Shown: positions 49,037 through 59,954 of the stretch, one piece after another
Layout: the number at the start of each line of letters is the position of its first letter
Numbering within the stretch: the stretch's first letter is position 1
NCBI GenBank assembly: GCA_963753345.1
Contig: CAVWBU010000027.1
Coordinates: 287,624-351,623, forward strand
Direction: 5' to 3'
DNA from: an uncultured Fibrobacterota bacterium
Lineage (GTDB): Bacteria; Fibrobacterota; Chitinivibrionia; Chitinivibrionales; FEN-1185
Length of the DNA stretch: 64,000 bases
Notes under the pieces: model-generated
Told to the model about the DNA's origin: nothing
The model's input: the letters and a program-made list of their open reading frames with translations, nothing else
The model's database searches: none
Program-made: the position numbers and the translations under genes

Positions 49037-50487
49037 CTACTTGATTTCTATGATTCCTTTGCCCATGGCGACCTGCAGGGCGGCCCGGGAGCGGACCTGG
49101 CGGTACCTTGCGTTGATCACTCCCAGTTCCGCCTGTTTCAGTGTTTCGTCCGACAAGCTGCACATCGGCGAACTGGCCGCTTCCCTGTTTGAAATTGCTG
49201 TTTGTAAGTTCGTAACCGTCCTGAGCCGACGTGAGCATTTCCTTCGAGGAATTCAAGTTACTGTCCGCCGCCGCGCATTCGAGAATGGCGGCACGGACTT
49301 CGATTTCAACCATCTTTTCGCATTGTTGAAACGACGATTTCGAGTTTGTTGGCGTCGCTCATGTACTGAGCGGCCTTTGCGCTGTTGGCGAAACCGTCAA
49401 AGAGCGTCCATTGCGCGCCAACCCCAGAGTCCAACTGGGGCTGCCATTGTTGTTCACAGAGCGACAGATCGGAGTTCATCCTTGTATATCCGGCAGATCC
49501 GGTTGCCGCGATCGTGGGCAGATACATGGACTTTGTAAATCTTTGCCCCGCCCTTGTTGCTTTCCGCAAGAAACTTCATTGCCTTGATGTCGGTGCGATC
49601 CGAAAGGGCGGCCTTAACGGCGTCATCCGGTTGCGGGATCGCTCATGTCTACGATCTGATCGAGCGTCTCAACTGAGTCCAGGGTCACCGTATCGGTAAG
49701 CGGCCGCCCCATCATCGCGTTGAGATTCATCCGCGCTACCTTCGCATCACGAATGGCAATAATGGTCTGTGCAATCTTGATCGGCGACATCCGCCCTGGT
49801 CTTGAGGACTTGCGCCTTGCTTCCAGACCCATTCCGGAAGTTCCGTTCAAGGAAACTGTTCAACTCCTTTTTGCGATCGAATGAGTGGCCCGCGATTTCG
49901 GCCCTCTTCTGGAGCATGACGGTGCCAAAGAATATGTCAAGCGCACCGAGCTGCAAAGTCTGCATATTGCGGGCATAGGAACATTTCGCGGACTTATTAA
50001 AATCATTCGCAACGGTTATGGCTGATCCAACCTTTCCAAAAGTATAAATTGGCTGGCTGAATGAAATGCCGGCGCTATATACATTGGAATTAACCGGGCT
50101 TGATATATCGCTGAAGGATTTCAACATGGGCGCCACGCTTAGCAAAGCCGCCATCATGGCGGAATCCGTGGGGGTGAATGTGCTGGCTTCTTTGGCAAGC
50201 GGCCTGGAAGAACCTGAACTGCCGCCGCCGCCCATGCTGCCGAAAGGAGACCCGTAAGTGTGAACATACGCACCGGTGGCAGAAACATAGGGCAACGCAT
50301 TCGCCCAGTTCTCCCTCACCATCTGATCCGCCTTGATAACCGACTGCTTCATCATCTTCACCGAATCGCTGTTCGTGCAGACTTCCCGTATCACCTGTTC
50401 CAAGCCTAATGTCTGGGAATGCACTTGTATTGAAGCCGCAACCACCATGCCTATCATGAGACTCGGGATCGTCATCTTGCACCGCAT
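49037..50487 (-). pseudogene. TolC-family outer-membrane efflux factor, about 5 frame breaks
   Basis: Collinear fragments in ORFs 49747-50487, 49623-49850, 49306-49569 and 48822-49313, plus a hand-translated tail …LKQAELGVINARYRQVRSRAALQVAMGKGIIEIK* (stop at 49037-49039). Confidence 0.78.
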
Positions 50488-50531
50488 AATCTTTCTCCAT
50501 AAGCTAGACAGGATTTGCCAAGTTTCTCATT

Positions 50532-51189
50532 CTATTTCGTCGTGGTTGTAATTCCCAGTCCTTTGGTCAGAAACTCCATTATGGTTTTCACATGCCCTTC
50601 GATATCGCCCACCTTTCCGGCATTCTTGAATTCGAACATAACGCCGCGAACGATTGACGATACATACTGCGACAGAACCTTGTCATCTATCTGCGAAGTA
50701 ATCTCTCTACGCTTCCGGCCAAGTGTAAAGACTGTTGCGGACAAGTCCAGCATTTCTTTGCTGTAATGCTTGAACCGGGCGGCCAATTCGTGGTGTCTTT
50801 CCTGGAATCGCTGCATGCTGGTTGGCGCTATTGTTTTCAGGTCTGTCATACTCGTGGTAAATGAGAAGTTGTCACTGTAAATCTTGAGAATGGCCCGCAG
50901 CATGGTCTGCAGGTTGTCCAAAATGTGCCGGTCTTCTTTTATTTCGCGTCTTGAGGACTTCCAGAATTTTCTCATGCATCCGGATAAGAATATGGAGGAA
51001 TATTTCTTCTTTGTCTTCGTAGTAATTATAGAGCGAAGCCTTTGAAAAACCGGCTGCTGCGGCGATATCATCAAGCCGCGTCTCATGATAACCTTTCTCC
51101 GCGAATGTCTTCAATGCCGCGTCGAGGATAAGGTTGCTCTTCGCATCACGGACAAGCTGGTCTTTTGCTTCTCTTGGATTGAGTTCCAT
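50532..51189 (-). pseudogene. TetR/AcrR-family regulator, one frame break at about 50945-50960
   Basis: The N-terminal HTH ILDAALKTFAEKGYHETRLDDIAAAAGFSKASLYNYY (ORF 50872-51189) continues in ORF 50532-51086 (…EIKEDRHILDNLQTMLRAIL…). Confidence 0.8.
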
Positions 51190-51191
51190 GT

Positions 51192-51205
51192 TGACTCCTG
51201 AGTCA
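51192..51205. promoter_or_regulatory. 14-bp palindrome overlapping the TetR Shine-Dalgarno sequence; candidate operator
   Basis: TGACTC-CT-GAGTCA lies 3-16 nt upstream of the TetR ATG. The minus-strand reading contains AGGAG. Confidence 0.3.
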
Positions 51206-51496
51206 GATTGGTGACCTAGCGGTTAAATATAACGAATTTTAAGTCAGATGTCAATACTATTTCGTCAGAATGCGTCGGGATATTGTCATGATCGTAATCA
51301 AAAGACCGTGGCTGGTCGGTGAAGTCTGGACGATTTGTCGCTGAACCGAGTGTTGCCTAAGAGAACCGCTTCCTGATTGAAGAACCCCGTTCTGGAGTAT
51401 CAGAAATATTACCCACTGCCGAAGCGTATTTTTACATCATTCACCGGCAGCTCGCGTGCAGAACGAAGCATTCCCGTAAGACGCCTCACTCATCGC

Positions 51497-52906
51497 ATGT
51501 GGTCACAAAACTTCATCATTTCTCGCCCATTGTTCCTTGCAAGCGTGCTTACGGCTATGCTCGCGACCATTGCTCTTGCTTCGGATGTTCCGCAAAAGCA
51601 AGGAATCGTCAAGCCAGGTATTTCCAGGGAGCCATTTTCCATTATCGCAGGCGAGCCCCTGTTTCTCCCCCTCAACCCGCCCCGGTCTCCGCTTTTCAAC
51701 GAATGCGCGTTCTGTGAATCGGGTCGGTCCGAATGGCACTACGACCTGCGTATGCTCAAGCACATGGCATACGAATGCGGGTTTGATTATCTTCTGATGC
51801 GGTTCGACAGAACCTACCGTTTCGGCTCCGTCACGGTGGCGGCCACCTACTATTTCTCCGCGACGCCGCAGTCATTGAGGTTTGATTCGTCTGTTGTTCG
51901 CCTTGGTACTGCGGAGGCAAGAAGAACACTTTTCTTCCCCTGCAAATCCTGCAATACAATGCCCACCCTGCCTGCCTCGGCTGCAATGGACTCCTCCTTC
52001 TTCTCAAAGCTTCAACTCATCGACAGGGCAGAGGCTTTTTCGAAAAGCTTTTCATCTGCGATGCTCGCCGCAAGCCGCGAAGGAGGACTGCGCATCGCGT
52101 TTTCATTCGGCATTGCAGGAACATCCTTTGTGCTTGACGAACGCACAGGCGTGACAACGCTTGCGCTGCCTATAAATGTTCACGGCATAGACACGGGCTG
52201 CGCGGCGTACAAGCTTGCGTTCTACCTTGCCCCATCGAGAGCGGCGGCCGGGGACCGTGACAGGGGCAACGGGCCTGCAATCCGCGACGTCACGCTTTCG
52301 TACACCGAGACGCAGCAGGTTTCAGTCACGTTTACGGCCGCGAGTGACATAGGCCTGCGCGAGGCGCAGTTCAGTTCGGACGCATTCAGGGAAAACATTT
52401 ACTTCAATGGTTCGAAACGCGAAGGAATCACAAAAACACTCCAGTTGGATTCATCGCACTACCGTCTTCAAATCACGGTGTTTGACATTCACGGCAATTC
52501 GGCTTCCGTGTCGTACCCTGTGTTTGAGGCTAGGCGGGAGGCGGGAAGGCTGGTGCAGGCTCGCAGAAAACAAATCGAGCAGGAGCGCGTCTGGGCGGAA
52601 AAAAGCCCTGTCAACGAGGCGCTTTACACCCTCGGGCAATTTGACGGCAACATCGGCATGTGGTTTAAGGCAATTTCGGATGCGCTTGTTTCGGAGGATG
52701 TTCAAAAGAATTCGACGCGGGATTCGATTATGAGAGATGCGGTGATGAAAAAATCGGCGAAGGAACGCACCTCAGCCGCGACTCAGACGAAACCGGACAC
52801 CGGGCAGCCCCGGCGTCGAGGTGATTGGAGAATAATCGGCCGTATACGGAGCGCAGGCTTCTCTCGCAGGGCGGCCCGTGCCGCACAAAATGAATTATAT
52901 TTATAG
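51497..52906 (+). CDS. membrane-anchored/secreted protein, unknown function
   Basis: The ATG at 51497 gives MWSQNFIISRPLFLASVLTAMLATIALA (signal/anchor). No family recognised. The ORF is open from 51377 (TTG). Confidence 0.55.
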   Translation: MWSQNFIISRPLFLASVLTAMLATIALASDVPQKQGIVKPGISREPFSIIAGEPLFLPLNPPRSPLFNECAFCESGRSEWHYDLRMLKHMAYECGFDYLLMRFDRTYRFGSVTVAATYYFSATPQSLRFDSSVVRLGTAEARRTLFFPCKSCNTMPTLPASAAMDSSFFSKLQLIDRAEAFSKSFSSAMLAASREGGLRIAFSFGIAGTSFVLDERTGVTTLALPINVHGIDTGCAAYKLAFYLAPSRAAAGDRDRGNGPAIRDVTLSYTETQQVSVTFTAASDIGLREAQFSSDAFRENIYFNGSKREGITKTLQLDSSHYRLQITVFDIHGNSASVSYPVFEARREAGRLVQARRKQIEQERVWAEKSPVNEALYTLGQFDGNIGMWFKAISDALVSEDVQKNSTRDSIMRDAVMKKSAKERTSAATQTKPDTGQPRRRGDWRIIGRIRSAGFSRRAARAAQNELYL

Positions 52907-52929
52907 GGTACCGAATTGAAGGATGGAGA

Positions 52930-55491
52930 GTGCCTTCTTTTTTCTTTTGTAAAGCGTTTGTCCACACTTGCCGCGGCTGCCTGCTGGCAACGACCCTGCT
53001 CGCCCTTGTCGGTGCGTGCAGTTCCACGCGCGCTCATGTTCATGTCCCGGCGTCCGCTCCCCACATCATCACGTATCCCCGCGACAGCGTGCCGATAGTT
53101 CCTTCCGCAGCCGATCTGCAACCTGCGGCCGATTCCGAAGCGGACGACGATTCTTCGGAGACCGTCGACGACGACACGGTCTACCAGAATCCTTCCGATT
53201 GTATCGAGGAAGCAAAATCCTACTGCGACGACAGCGATTTCGCGGCCGCGGACTCGGCCCTCCGGCAGGCAGTGCATGCCGTGGAAGCCATGGACCAGAG
53301 AGGCGACGCGGGTGCGGAACGGCTGCCGTCGTCCAAGTACTTCGACGAAATCGCGATAATTTACAAACAGAAAATGCCCGCATCCTACTCGCTGCCGGAC
53401 GACATTGCCGCGGCCGTGTTTCAGGGACAGCTGATGCGTTCCATCGACTCGATGAGCGCCGGTCCGCTCGACAGCGTCGCCCTTGCCGCAATCGCCTGCC
53501 AGAAGGGTGTGGAATACGACGTTCCGGTGGTATGGAACCAGCGCGTGCAGCGCGCCCTGTCCTTTTACGTCCGCAACCGCGACGTTACCATCGATCACTG
53601 GTTTTCCCGGGCAACGTACTACGTTTCGTTCATGAGAAAGATGTTTGCCGACAGCGGGCTGCCCAAGGATCTCGCCTATCTTCCTCTCATCGAGAGCGGG
53701 TTCAACCCACTCGCCTACTCGTATGCAAACGCATCGGGGATATGGCAGTTTATCGCGTCAACAGGAAAGCTGTACGGCCTCAGAAGAAGCTTCTGGCTCG
53801 ACGAACGCCGCGACCCTGTCCGCTCCACAGAGGCCGCCATCGGCTATCTCAAGAAGCTTTTCGGCGAGTTCGGCAACTGGCACCTCGCTCTTGCCGCCTA
53901 CAACTGCGGCGAAAACGGCGTTTCGCACAGCATCGCGCGCCACGGGACCAACGACTACTGGCGGCTCAAACGGCTTCCGCGGCAAACCAAGAACTACGTT
54001 CCCTGCTATCTTGCCGCCTTGACAATCGCAAAAAACCCGAAGTGCTTCGGCGTATCGATCAACGCCGCCGACACGCTTTCCCTCGACACGGTCCATGTGA
54101 AGGAGTCCATAAGCCTGAACGACATTGCCGACGGCCTTGGGGTAAACCGCGACGCGCTTGCCAAAATGAACCCGCACATCCTGCGGTGGTGCACGCCCTG
54201 CGACACGAGCGGCGTGCTCGTGTATCTGCCTGCGGGAAAGAAGAGGGCGTGGAACGCTTTCTATGCAAACCTCCCTGCCGAGAAACGCGTGCAGTGGTAT
54301 CGCTACGAAATAAAGCGGGGCGACGATATCGCCGGTGTGGCCTCCCGATACAGCGTTCCCGCAGATGCGCTCTCCTCCATCAACAGGATCACCGCTCCGA
54401 AATTGACGCCCGGTCATCACCTCTTTATTCCGGTGTCGGCGGTTCCTCTTCCGGCGAATGTTGCCTATTCAGCGCCGCCCGAGTCGGAGATCAAGGCGCT
54501 AGATCTTCCCGATTACGAATATTCCGGCATATCAATCCGTCACCGCGTCCGTCCGGGCGATAATCTCGGCAGGATCGCGCGGCGTTACCATGTGCGCGTC
54601 ACCCAGCTCTGCCGCTGGAACCATGTGACCGGAAAAACCATTCTGCGGCCGGGCCGGATCCTGCTGGTGAGCAGGCCGCTGCCTCCTCCTGTTGCGGAAG
54701 CGCCGCCGCCCGCTGTCGCCGCCGCGGCCCCCGTACACGCTCCCGCGGAAACCGCGGCTGCTCCGGCGTCGCCTGCGCAGACCCCGCTGCCTGTTCTGGA
54801 GGCGCCGAAACCCGCATTGCCTGCCGCGACCGCCGCGGCTCCGGCACAGACGCACGTGGTGGAAATAGGGGAAACGCCGTTCTCGGTTTCGCGCAGGTTC
54901 GACATCCGGCTTGGCGAGCTTGCAGCGCTTAACGGCCTCAACCTGGCGCACCCGATCATCAAGATCGGCCAGACCCTCATTGTCAAGGCTCCGGCCGCCG
55001 CCGTTCCCGTTGCGCACACAGCACCCGTTTCCTCTGCCGTGCCTGCCGCAGCTTCCGGAACCGACGCTGCACAACCCGGCACGGCAAAATCCGACTCCGG
55101 CACTCCGATGGTTGGGCAATCCGAGCATAAAGGTCAGGACAAGATCTATGTGATTGCGAAAGGGGAAGATCTTTTCAGAATTTCGCTCAGGTATTCGGTG
55201 AGCGTCGATTCGCTGATGACCGCCAACCGGATCACCGATGTTCTACGTATTCGCGAGGGCGATACGCTTCGCATTCCGCTGTCTGCGGAAACAGTCGCCA
55301 GGTCTGCTGTCGCGCCGCCGCCGGAGACCGGCGTTATTTACTACAAGGTCAAGGACGGCGACACCCTTGTGCGGATTGCCGCGGAATTCGGCGTTCCGGT
55401 GGACAGTCTTTACAAAGAGAATAAGATGAAATCGGACACCGTTCTTATTCCCGGGAAAGTGATACGGGTGGTGAAAGCCTCGGGAATGTAG
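52930..55491 (+). CDS. lipoprotein lytic murein transglycosylase (MltD-like SLT domain) with five LysM domains
   Basis: GTG start preceded by GGAG. Lipobox LVGAC. SLT core LPLIESGFNP…ASGIWQF…AYNCG. Five LysM repeats and a Pro/Ala-rich linker at about 54650-54850. Confidence 0.9.
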   Translation: MPSFFFCKAFVHTCRGCLLATTLLALVGACSSTRAHVHVPASAPHIITYPRDSVPIVPSAADLQPAADSEADDDSSETVDDDTVYQNPSDCIEEAKSYCDDSDFAAADSALRQAVHAVEAMDQRGDAGAERLPSSKYFDEIAIIYKQKMPASYSLPDDIAAAVFQGQLMRSIDSMSAGPLDSVALAAIACQKGVEYDVPVVWNQRVQRALSFYVRNRDVTIDHWFSRATYYVSFMRKMFADSGLPKDLAYLPLIESGFNPLAYSYANASGIWQFIASTGKLYGLRRSFWLDERRDPVRSTEAAIGYLKKLFGEFGNWHLALAAYNCGENGVSHSIARHGTNDYWRLKRLPRQTKNYVPCYLAALTIAKNPKCFGVSINAADTLSLDTVHVKESISLNDIADGLGVNRDALAKMNPHILRWCTPCDTSGVLVYLPAGKKRAWNAFYANLPAEKRVQWYRYEIKRGDDIAGVASRYSVPADALSSINRITAPKLTPGHHLFIPVSAVPLPANVAYSAPPESEIKALDLPDYEYSGISIRHRVRPGDNLGRIARRYHVRVTQLCRWNHVTGKTILRPGRILLVSRPLPPPVAEAPPPAVAAAAPVHAPAETAAAPASPAQTPLPVLEAPKPALPAATAAAPAQTHVVEIGETPFSVSRRFDIRLGELAALNGLNLAHPIIKIGQTLIVKAPAAAVPVAHTAPVSSAVPAAASGTDAAQPGTAKSDSGTPMVGQSEHKGQDKIYVIAKGEDLFRISLRYSVSVDSLMTANRITDVLRIREGDTLRIPLSAETVARSAVAPPPETGVIYYKVKDGDTLVRIAAEFGVPVDSLYKENKMKSDTVLIPGKVIRVVKASGM

Positions 55492-55527
55492 GGACTCCGG
55501 CCGCTTCCGTTTTCCTTCTGGTTTGTT

Positions 55528-56493
55528 ATGAACAACAAAGATTCCCCTATGACAAACATTGGGGCCGCAGGTCCCGGAGCGCACACGCCTCGCCTGCTTT
55601 TCTTTGCAGGCGTCTTCCTTGCTTGCGCGGTTGTGTGCAATGCCGCGCCGTCGGACTCCGCAGCCGTGCAGGATTCCACCTCCGTCAACCAGCCGCCGGT
55701 GCCATCCGGTTCCGAAGAAACCCAGGAGGATGAATTCCAGGACGACATCGACACCATGGTGGAAACGCAGGAACCTTCGGCGGTGGACACGTTCGCATGG
55801 GACAACTGGAAAATCAATAGCGGCCATTTCGAATCGGAAAACTGGGCCGACACGGCGCGGATCGCTCTTGTCGATTCTTCTGCCGGCCGGTTCTACGTCC
55901 ACCCTTTCAAGAACGTGGTGACCTCCGACTTCGGGCTGCGGCGCTGGCTCTGGCACCAGGGCGTTGACATCCGACTATCGCGGGGCGACACCGTTCGAGC
56001 CGCGTTCGACGGGATCGTGCGCGTCACGAAACGGGACCGGCGCGGTTACGGCAAGGTCGTCGTGATCCGTCATCCCTACGGCCTCGAAACCATATACGGC
56101 CACCTGTCGCGCGAATGCGTGGCTGCCAACGCAAAAGTCAAGGCCGGTGACGTGATAGGTCTTGGCGGCAGCACCGGCAGGTCCACGGGCTGCCATTTAC
56201 ATTTCGAAATGCGGTACTACGGAGAACCGTTCGACCCCAACTGCGCCATTGATTTTACCGCGTTCGCGCTCAAGTCGGACACGCTCGTACTCACTAAGGC
56301 CAATTTTGCCTACCTCGCCGAATTGCGCAAGGCACAGTGGCATACGGTGCGCAAGGGCGACACGCTTGGCCGCATCGCGATGCAATATCATACCACGATT
56401 CACACCCTGTGCGATCTCAACGGCATCACGCCGCATTCCCTGCTTCACATAGGAAGAAAAATTCTCGTGTCGGGAAAACTTCCGGGGGCATGA
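55528..56493 (+). CDS. M23-family metallopeptidase with C-terminal LysM
   Basis: HQGVDI (HxxxD) and GCHLHFE (HxH). C-terminal LysM HTVRKGDTLGRIAMQY. Confidence 0.9.
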   Translation: MNNKDSPMTNIGAAGPGAHTPRLLFFAGVFLACAVVCNAAPSDSAAVQDSTSVNQPPVPSGSEETQEDEFQDDIDTMVETQEPSAVDTFAWDNWKINSGHFESENWADTARIALVDSSAGRFYVHPFKNVVTSDFGLRRWLWHQGVDIRLSRGDTVRAAFDGIVRVTKRDRRGYGKVVVIRHPYGLETIYGHLSRECVAANAKVKAGDVIGLGGSTGRSTGCHLHFEMRYYGEPFDPNCAIDFTAFALKSDTLVLTKANFAYLAELRKAQWHTVRKGDTLGRIAMQYHTTIHTLCDLNGITPHSLLHIGRKILVSGKLPGA

Positions 56494-56631
56494 ACGACGG
56501 ACGTACCGGCATGGGTGAAAACGCAGGCACCGTGCCCTGCATGATGGCGCGATACGGGAGGCGGATTTGCGTCCAGCCCGTCCCCATAGTAGTTTGCTAC
56601 GTTACCAAACAAGGTTGTGGCAGGAAAGCCC

Positions 56632-59093
56632 ATGAAAGAATCGGCTGCGGCCGTGCGTCATCGTCGGCGTTGTAATTGCTTCCGTCAATGTTGCCGTCGC
56701 TCAGTCCGGAGGTTTGTCGGAGCGCTCGCTTAAGGTCGCAGAAATCAACCGCCGCATTGACGAACAGGCTTCCAGAAACCGCGCAATCGCCGCGGAGATA
56801 GCCAAACTGCGTTCGGACAGCGCCGCGGCGGATGCCCGCGCCGCCGCAAGAATCGATTCACTCTCGTTGCTTATAACCGGTCTCAACGCGCGGGCCGCGC
56901 GCACCAACGCCATGCCTCGCGTCGCTCCGCCAGCAATCGGCATCATTTACGTCGGCCAAAAACACCCGCGACGCCGAGCGCATGGCGGCCTCCGACAGCA
57001 TGCGCAAGGCAATTGCCGCGTTTGAACCGTCCATTGCCGCCTGGAAAGATTCGGTGGAATCGGCAAAAAGCGGCCTTGAACTCGCCCGCACCGACAGCGC
57101 CGACATCGCCAAGCGGCTTTCCGCCGAATCCGCGCGCATCAGCGACACGACCGCCGCAAAGGAAAAATCGTCAACGGCGCTCTTGGCCAAGGTGGACAGC
57201 ATCGCCGCTTCCATCAGAAAATGTGCCGCCGACAGCGCGGCAGCGGCCATGGTGAACTCAGATTCCATCGCGGCTGCCCGGAAAAGGCTTGCCGACCTCC
57301 GCGTGTACATCGCGGCAAGGGATTCGGCCGTGAAAAGCACGACCGAAGAACTCAACAATTCAAAGCGCGACAGCCTTGCGGCCCAGACGGAGAGCGCCAG
57401 GGAAACGCTGAAACGCGAGCGATCCACAAAGACCCTTGATTCGCTCGTTCCCGTGCTGCAGAACGAGAAGGACAGGTTCCTGCGTATCAGGGAATCGCTG
57501 CAGCTGGACAGCGCGATCGAATCGCTCACGGCCCAGCTCGGCGATTTTCTTAACAAATCGTACGAAGTGCGCAGCGCCGCAACCGGAGAAAAGGCCGAGA
57601 AGGCGCAGCGGCTCGACATTGACAAAGGCAAGCTTGAAGACATGCTGCGCGACGAGGCGTTCGCCGCAGCGGCCGCGAAGATTCCGGGCGCAACGTGGCG
57701 CGACCGCAACGCGCGGGTCGGAACGCTGATCACCGCAACACAGAAGTCTCTCGATTCGGCATCCGCCGAACGCGAAAGAATCGTGCGGGAAGGCATCCTG
57801 AATGGAAAACAGCAGGCCCAGATAAACGCGAATTTTTCCAAGGAGAGCAAACGGCTCGGCGACAGGCTCGCAGCCGCGTGGAAGGACTTGATTAACGCAA
57901 AACCTCGTGTCGCGAAGCTGGAGCAGGACACTGCCGGCGCCATGCGCCGTTTCGAAGCTTTTCAGGACTCCTTCCGGAAAATGCATGCCGCCCTGCTCGC
58001 CGATTCGGTCGCAGCATCGCTGGCTGCAGGCGCCATGCGCCGGTCGTGCGACGCGCTCAAGGCCGCGGGCGCCCAGAGAGAAAACGCGCGCAGGAAGGAA
58101 ATGGCCAGCGCGTCGCTTGCCATTGCGCAGGCCGCCGCTATTCTTCAGAGGGTGCAGGCGTCGCTGAACGATGTGCTTGCGCGCCACCAGGCGGCTCGCA
58201 ACGACAGCGTCCGGATTTACAAGGAAAAAAGCGTTTTCGTCTCCCAGGCCGAGACCGTTGCAGGCGGAAAGCAGGCGGAATTGCGCGGGCTTCAGGACGC
58301 GGTGGATTCGATCGAATCGGCAATAACCGCGGCTCGCGCCGACAGTGCCGCTGCTCTGCGTGACAAACGGGAAGAGGAATCCGCATCCGCCGCCGCAATC
58401 GCCCAGCGCGTTTCCGAAGCGCACAAGGGGGAACTCGCCGTAAAGGATCTGGAACACGAACGGGAAATTGCCGCCACGCCGCCTGCCGCGCCTGCTCCCC
58501 CACCCCCAGCCGCTGCGCCTGCGGTGCCGCAGCCTGTCCCGTCTCCTCAGGGTCAGCAAACCATGAACACGCAGCCGAAGCAATCCGCATCCCAGGAGGT
58601 CGCGCAACGTCAACTTCTCCTCCTGTACGATATGGTTGAAAAAGGAAAAAACGACGCGGCACGCAAGTCCTTTGCCGCAAACCGCAAGCTGCTGGAAAAG
58701 AATCTTGAACCGGAGGCTTTCCAGGCCATCCAGTCAACAATCGAAAGCCTCGAAACTGCACAGCCGCCGGCCCCGGAAAAAACCGCGCCTGCCATGGTAG
58801 CCCCCACGCCACCGCCGCAGCCCCAGCCGGCGCCCGTCGTGTCAACGCCTGTTGCTCCCGTGCCCGACGCGGAGCACAAACCCGCCACGGTCTTTATTAC
58901 GTCGGTGCCGCCGGTCGCAACGGTCTACATGGACGGGCAGCTCATCGGCAAGACAAGCACCGCGAACCTGAACGTGACTTCGGGAAAACATACTATGCAG
59001 TTTGTAAAGGGCGACAAGACCTGCACGCAGGAAATGACGTTTACGGAAGGACAGAATGCGGCGATGTTCGTGAAATTGCCATGCGGGCAATAA
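56632..59093 (+). pseudogene. secreted ~820-aa Ala-rich coiled-coil protein with C-terminal PEGA domain; two frame breaks near the 5' end
   Basis: ATG at 56632 (MKESAAAV). The signal peptide VIVGVVIASVNVAVAQS is recovered in the next frame (break at about 56655). A second break at about 56905-56915 joins ORF 56714-57025 to ORF 56982-59093. PEGA tail: ITSVPPVATVYMDGQLIGKT. Confidence 0.7.
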
Positions 59094-59282
59094 TGGTGAA
59101 AAGTGAGATAAGAAAGCACTCCTTGTCTGTTTTGTAAAAATAGAATTCAGTAGCTGGAAAGGGCTCCGCCCTTTAAATCCCGTAATGAAAATGCTTATTG
59201 TATCCCGCCCTCCCTTCCCTCCCCCGCCGGGGAGGGCTCCAACCGTCAAGATATTGATTTGTAAATATCCGTGGTCCATATT

Positions 59283-59885
59283 TCATTTCAATTTTCTCAA
59301 AAAAGCTTCCAGCCGTTTGATCACCCCATCGCTTTGCCACCGTATTTCCGTAGTGTAAAGAATGTTGAGTTTCTTGGACATGCGAGCGTTTTGCTCGTAG
59401 GTCACGCGAATACTGTCGCTGTGCGGAAGATGCTCGGCCTTGTAGAACCCGGAAAGTTCAACCATTCCGGGAAAAAACGAGTTGTTGGTACGAGACTGAA
59501 CGAGGCTGTAACGGACCAGCCCGCTGTCGGTCTTCAACTCATACTTTATATCAAGCGTGCACCGATAGACGACGTAGTTGTATGCAAACAAATATTGTCG
59601 CCAGTTGCTTCCCTGGGTAATCCTTGTCAGGTCAAGACTCGGACATGCAAGAAATCGCTTGACATGGTCGAAATCAAAACAGGCAACAAGCGCGGAATCA
59701 CGCGGGCAGGCAACTGTGAACGACGCCGTGACATGATAGTCGCACGTGCCAAATTGGTAATTGCGGTCTACACCCGGACGGCAGAGCGCGCCAGCCACCG
59801 CGACTGCGGCAAGGTTTAGGAAGATGGACGGACAAAGGCGGAAGAGGGTTCTTGCTATGCGAGAAATCCTATAGCAAGCATGCAT
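59283..59885 (-). CDS. hypothetical exported protein
   Basis: The ATG at 59885 gives a hydrophobic N-terminus (SIFLNLAAVAVAGALC). I recognise no family. Confidence 0.45.
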   Translation of the reverse strand: MHACYRISRIARTLFRLCPSIFLNLAAVAVAGALCRPGVDRNYQFGTCDYHVTASFTVACPRDSALVACFDFDHVKRFLACPSLDLTRITQGSNWRQYLFAYNYVVYRCTLDIKYELKTDSGLVRYSLVQSRTNNSFFPGMVELSGFYKAEHLPHSDSIRVTYEQNARMSKKLNILYTTEIRWQSDGVIKRLEAFLRKLK

Positions 59886-59954
59886 ATTGTTTAGAACCGA
59901 AAAAGTATGCTGAGGAGGCAGCCAGTCCCACAAAGCAAGCGGTCGCCGGACTCG

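Noticed and set aside
52968-54563. 531-aa plus-strand ORF overlapping the MltD-like gene in another frame. Similar long shadow ORFs lie at 3465-4778, 18822-19856, 22032-23213, 37079-37849, 42018-43061, 43224-44273, 44628-45443, 56858-57943, 57360-58613 and 60619-61716.
   Set aside because: They are Arg/Pro/Gly-rich low-complexity translations with no motifs. Each lies antisense or out of frame to a gene with clear family signatures. Long stop-free shadow frames like these are expected in GC-rich DNA.
54650-54850. Highly repetitive-looking GC-rich stretch (gccgcc/gcggc), a possible tandem DNA repeat.
   Set aside because: It translates in frame as a Pro/Ala-rich interdomain linker of the LysM transglycosylase. 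There is no fixed repeat unit and no spacer structure.
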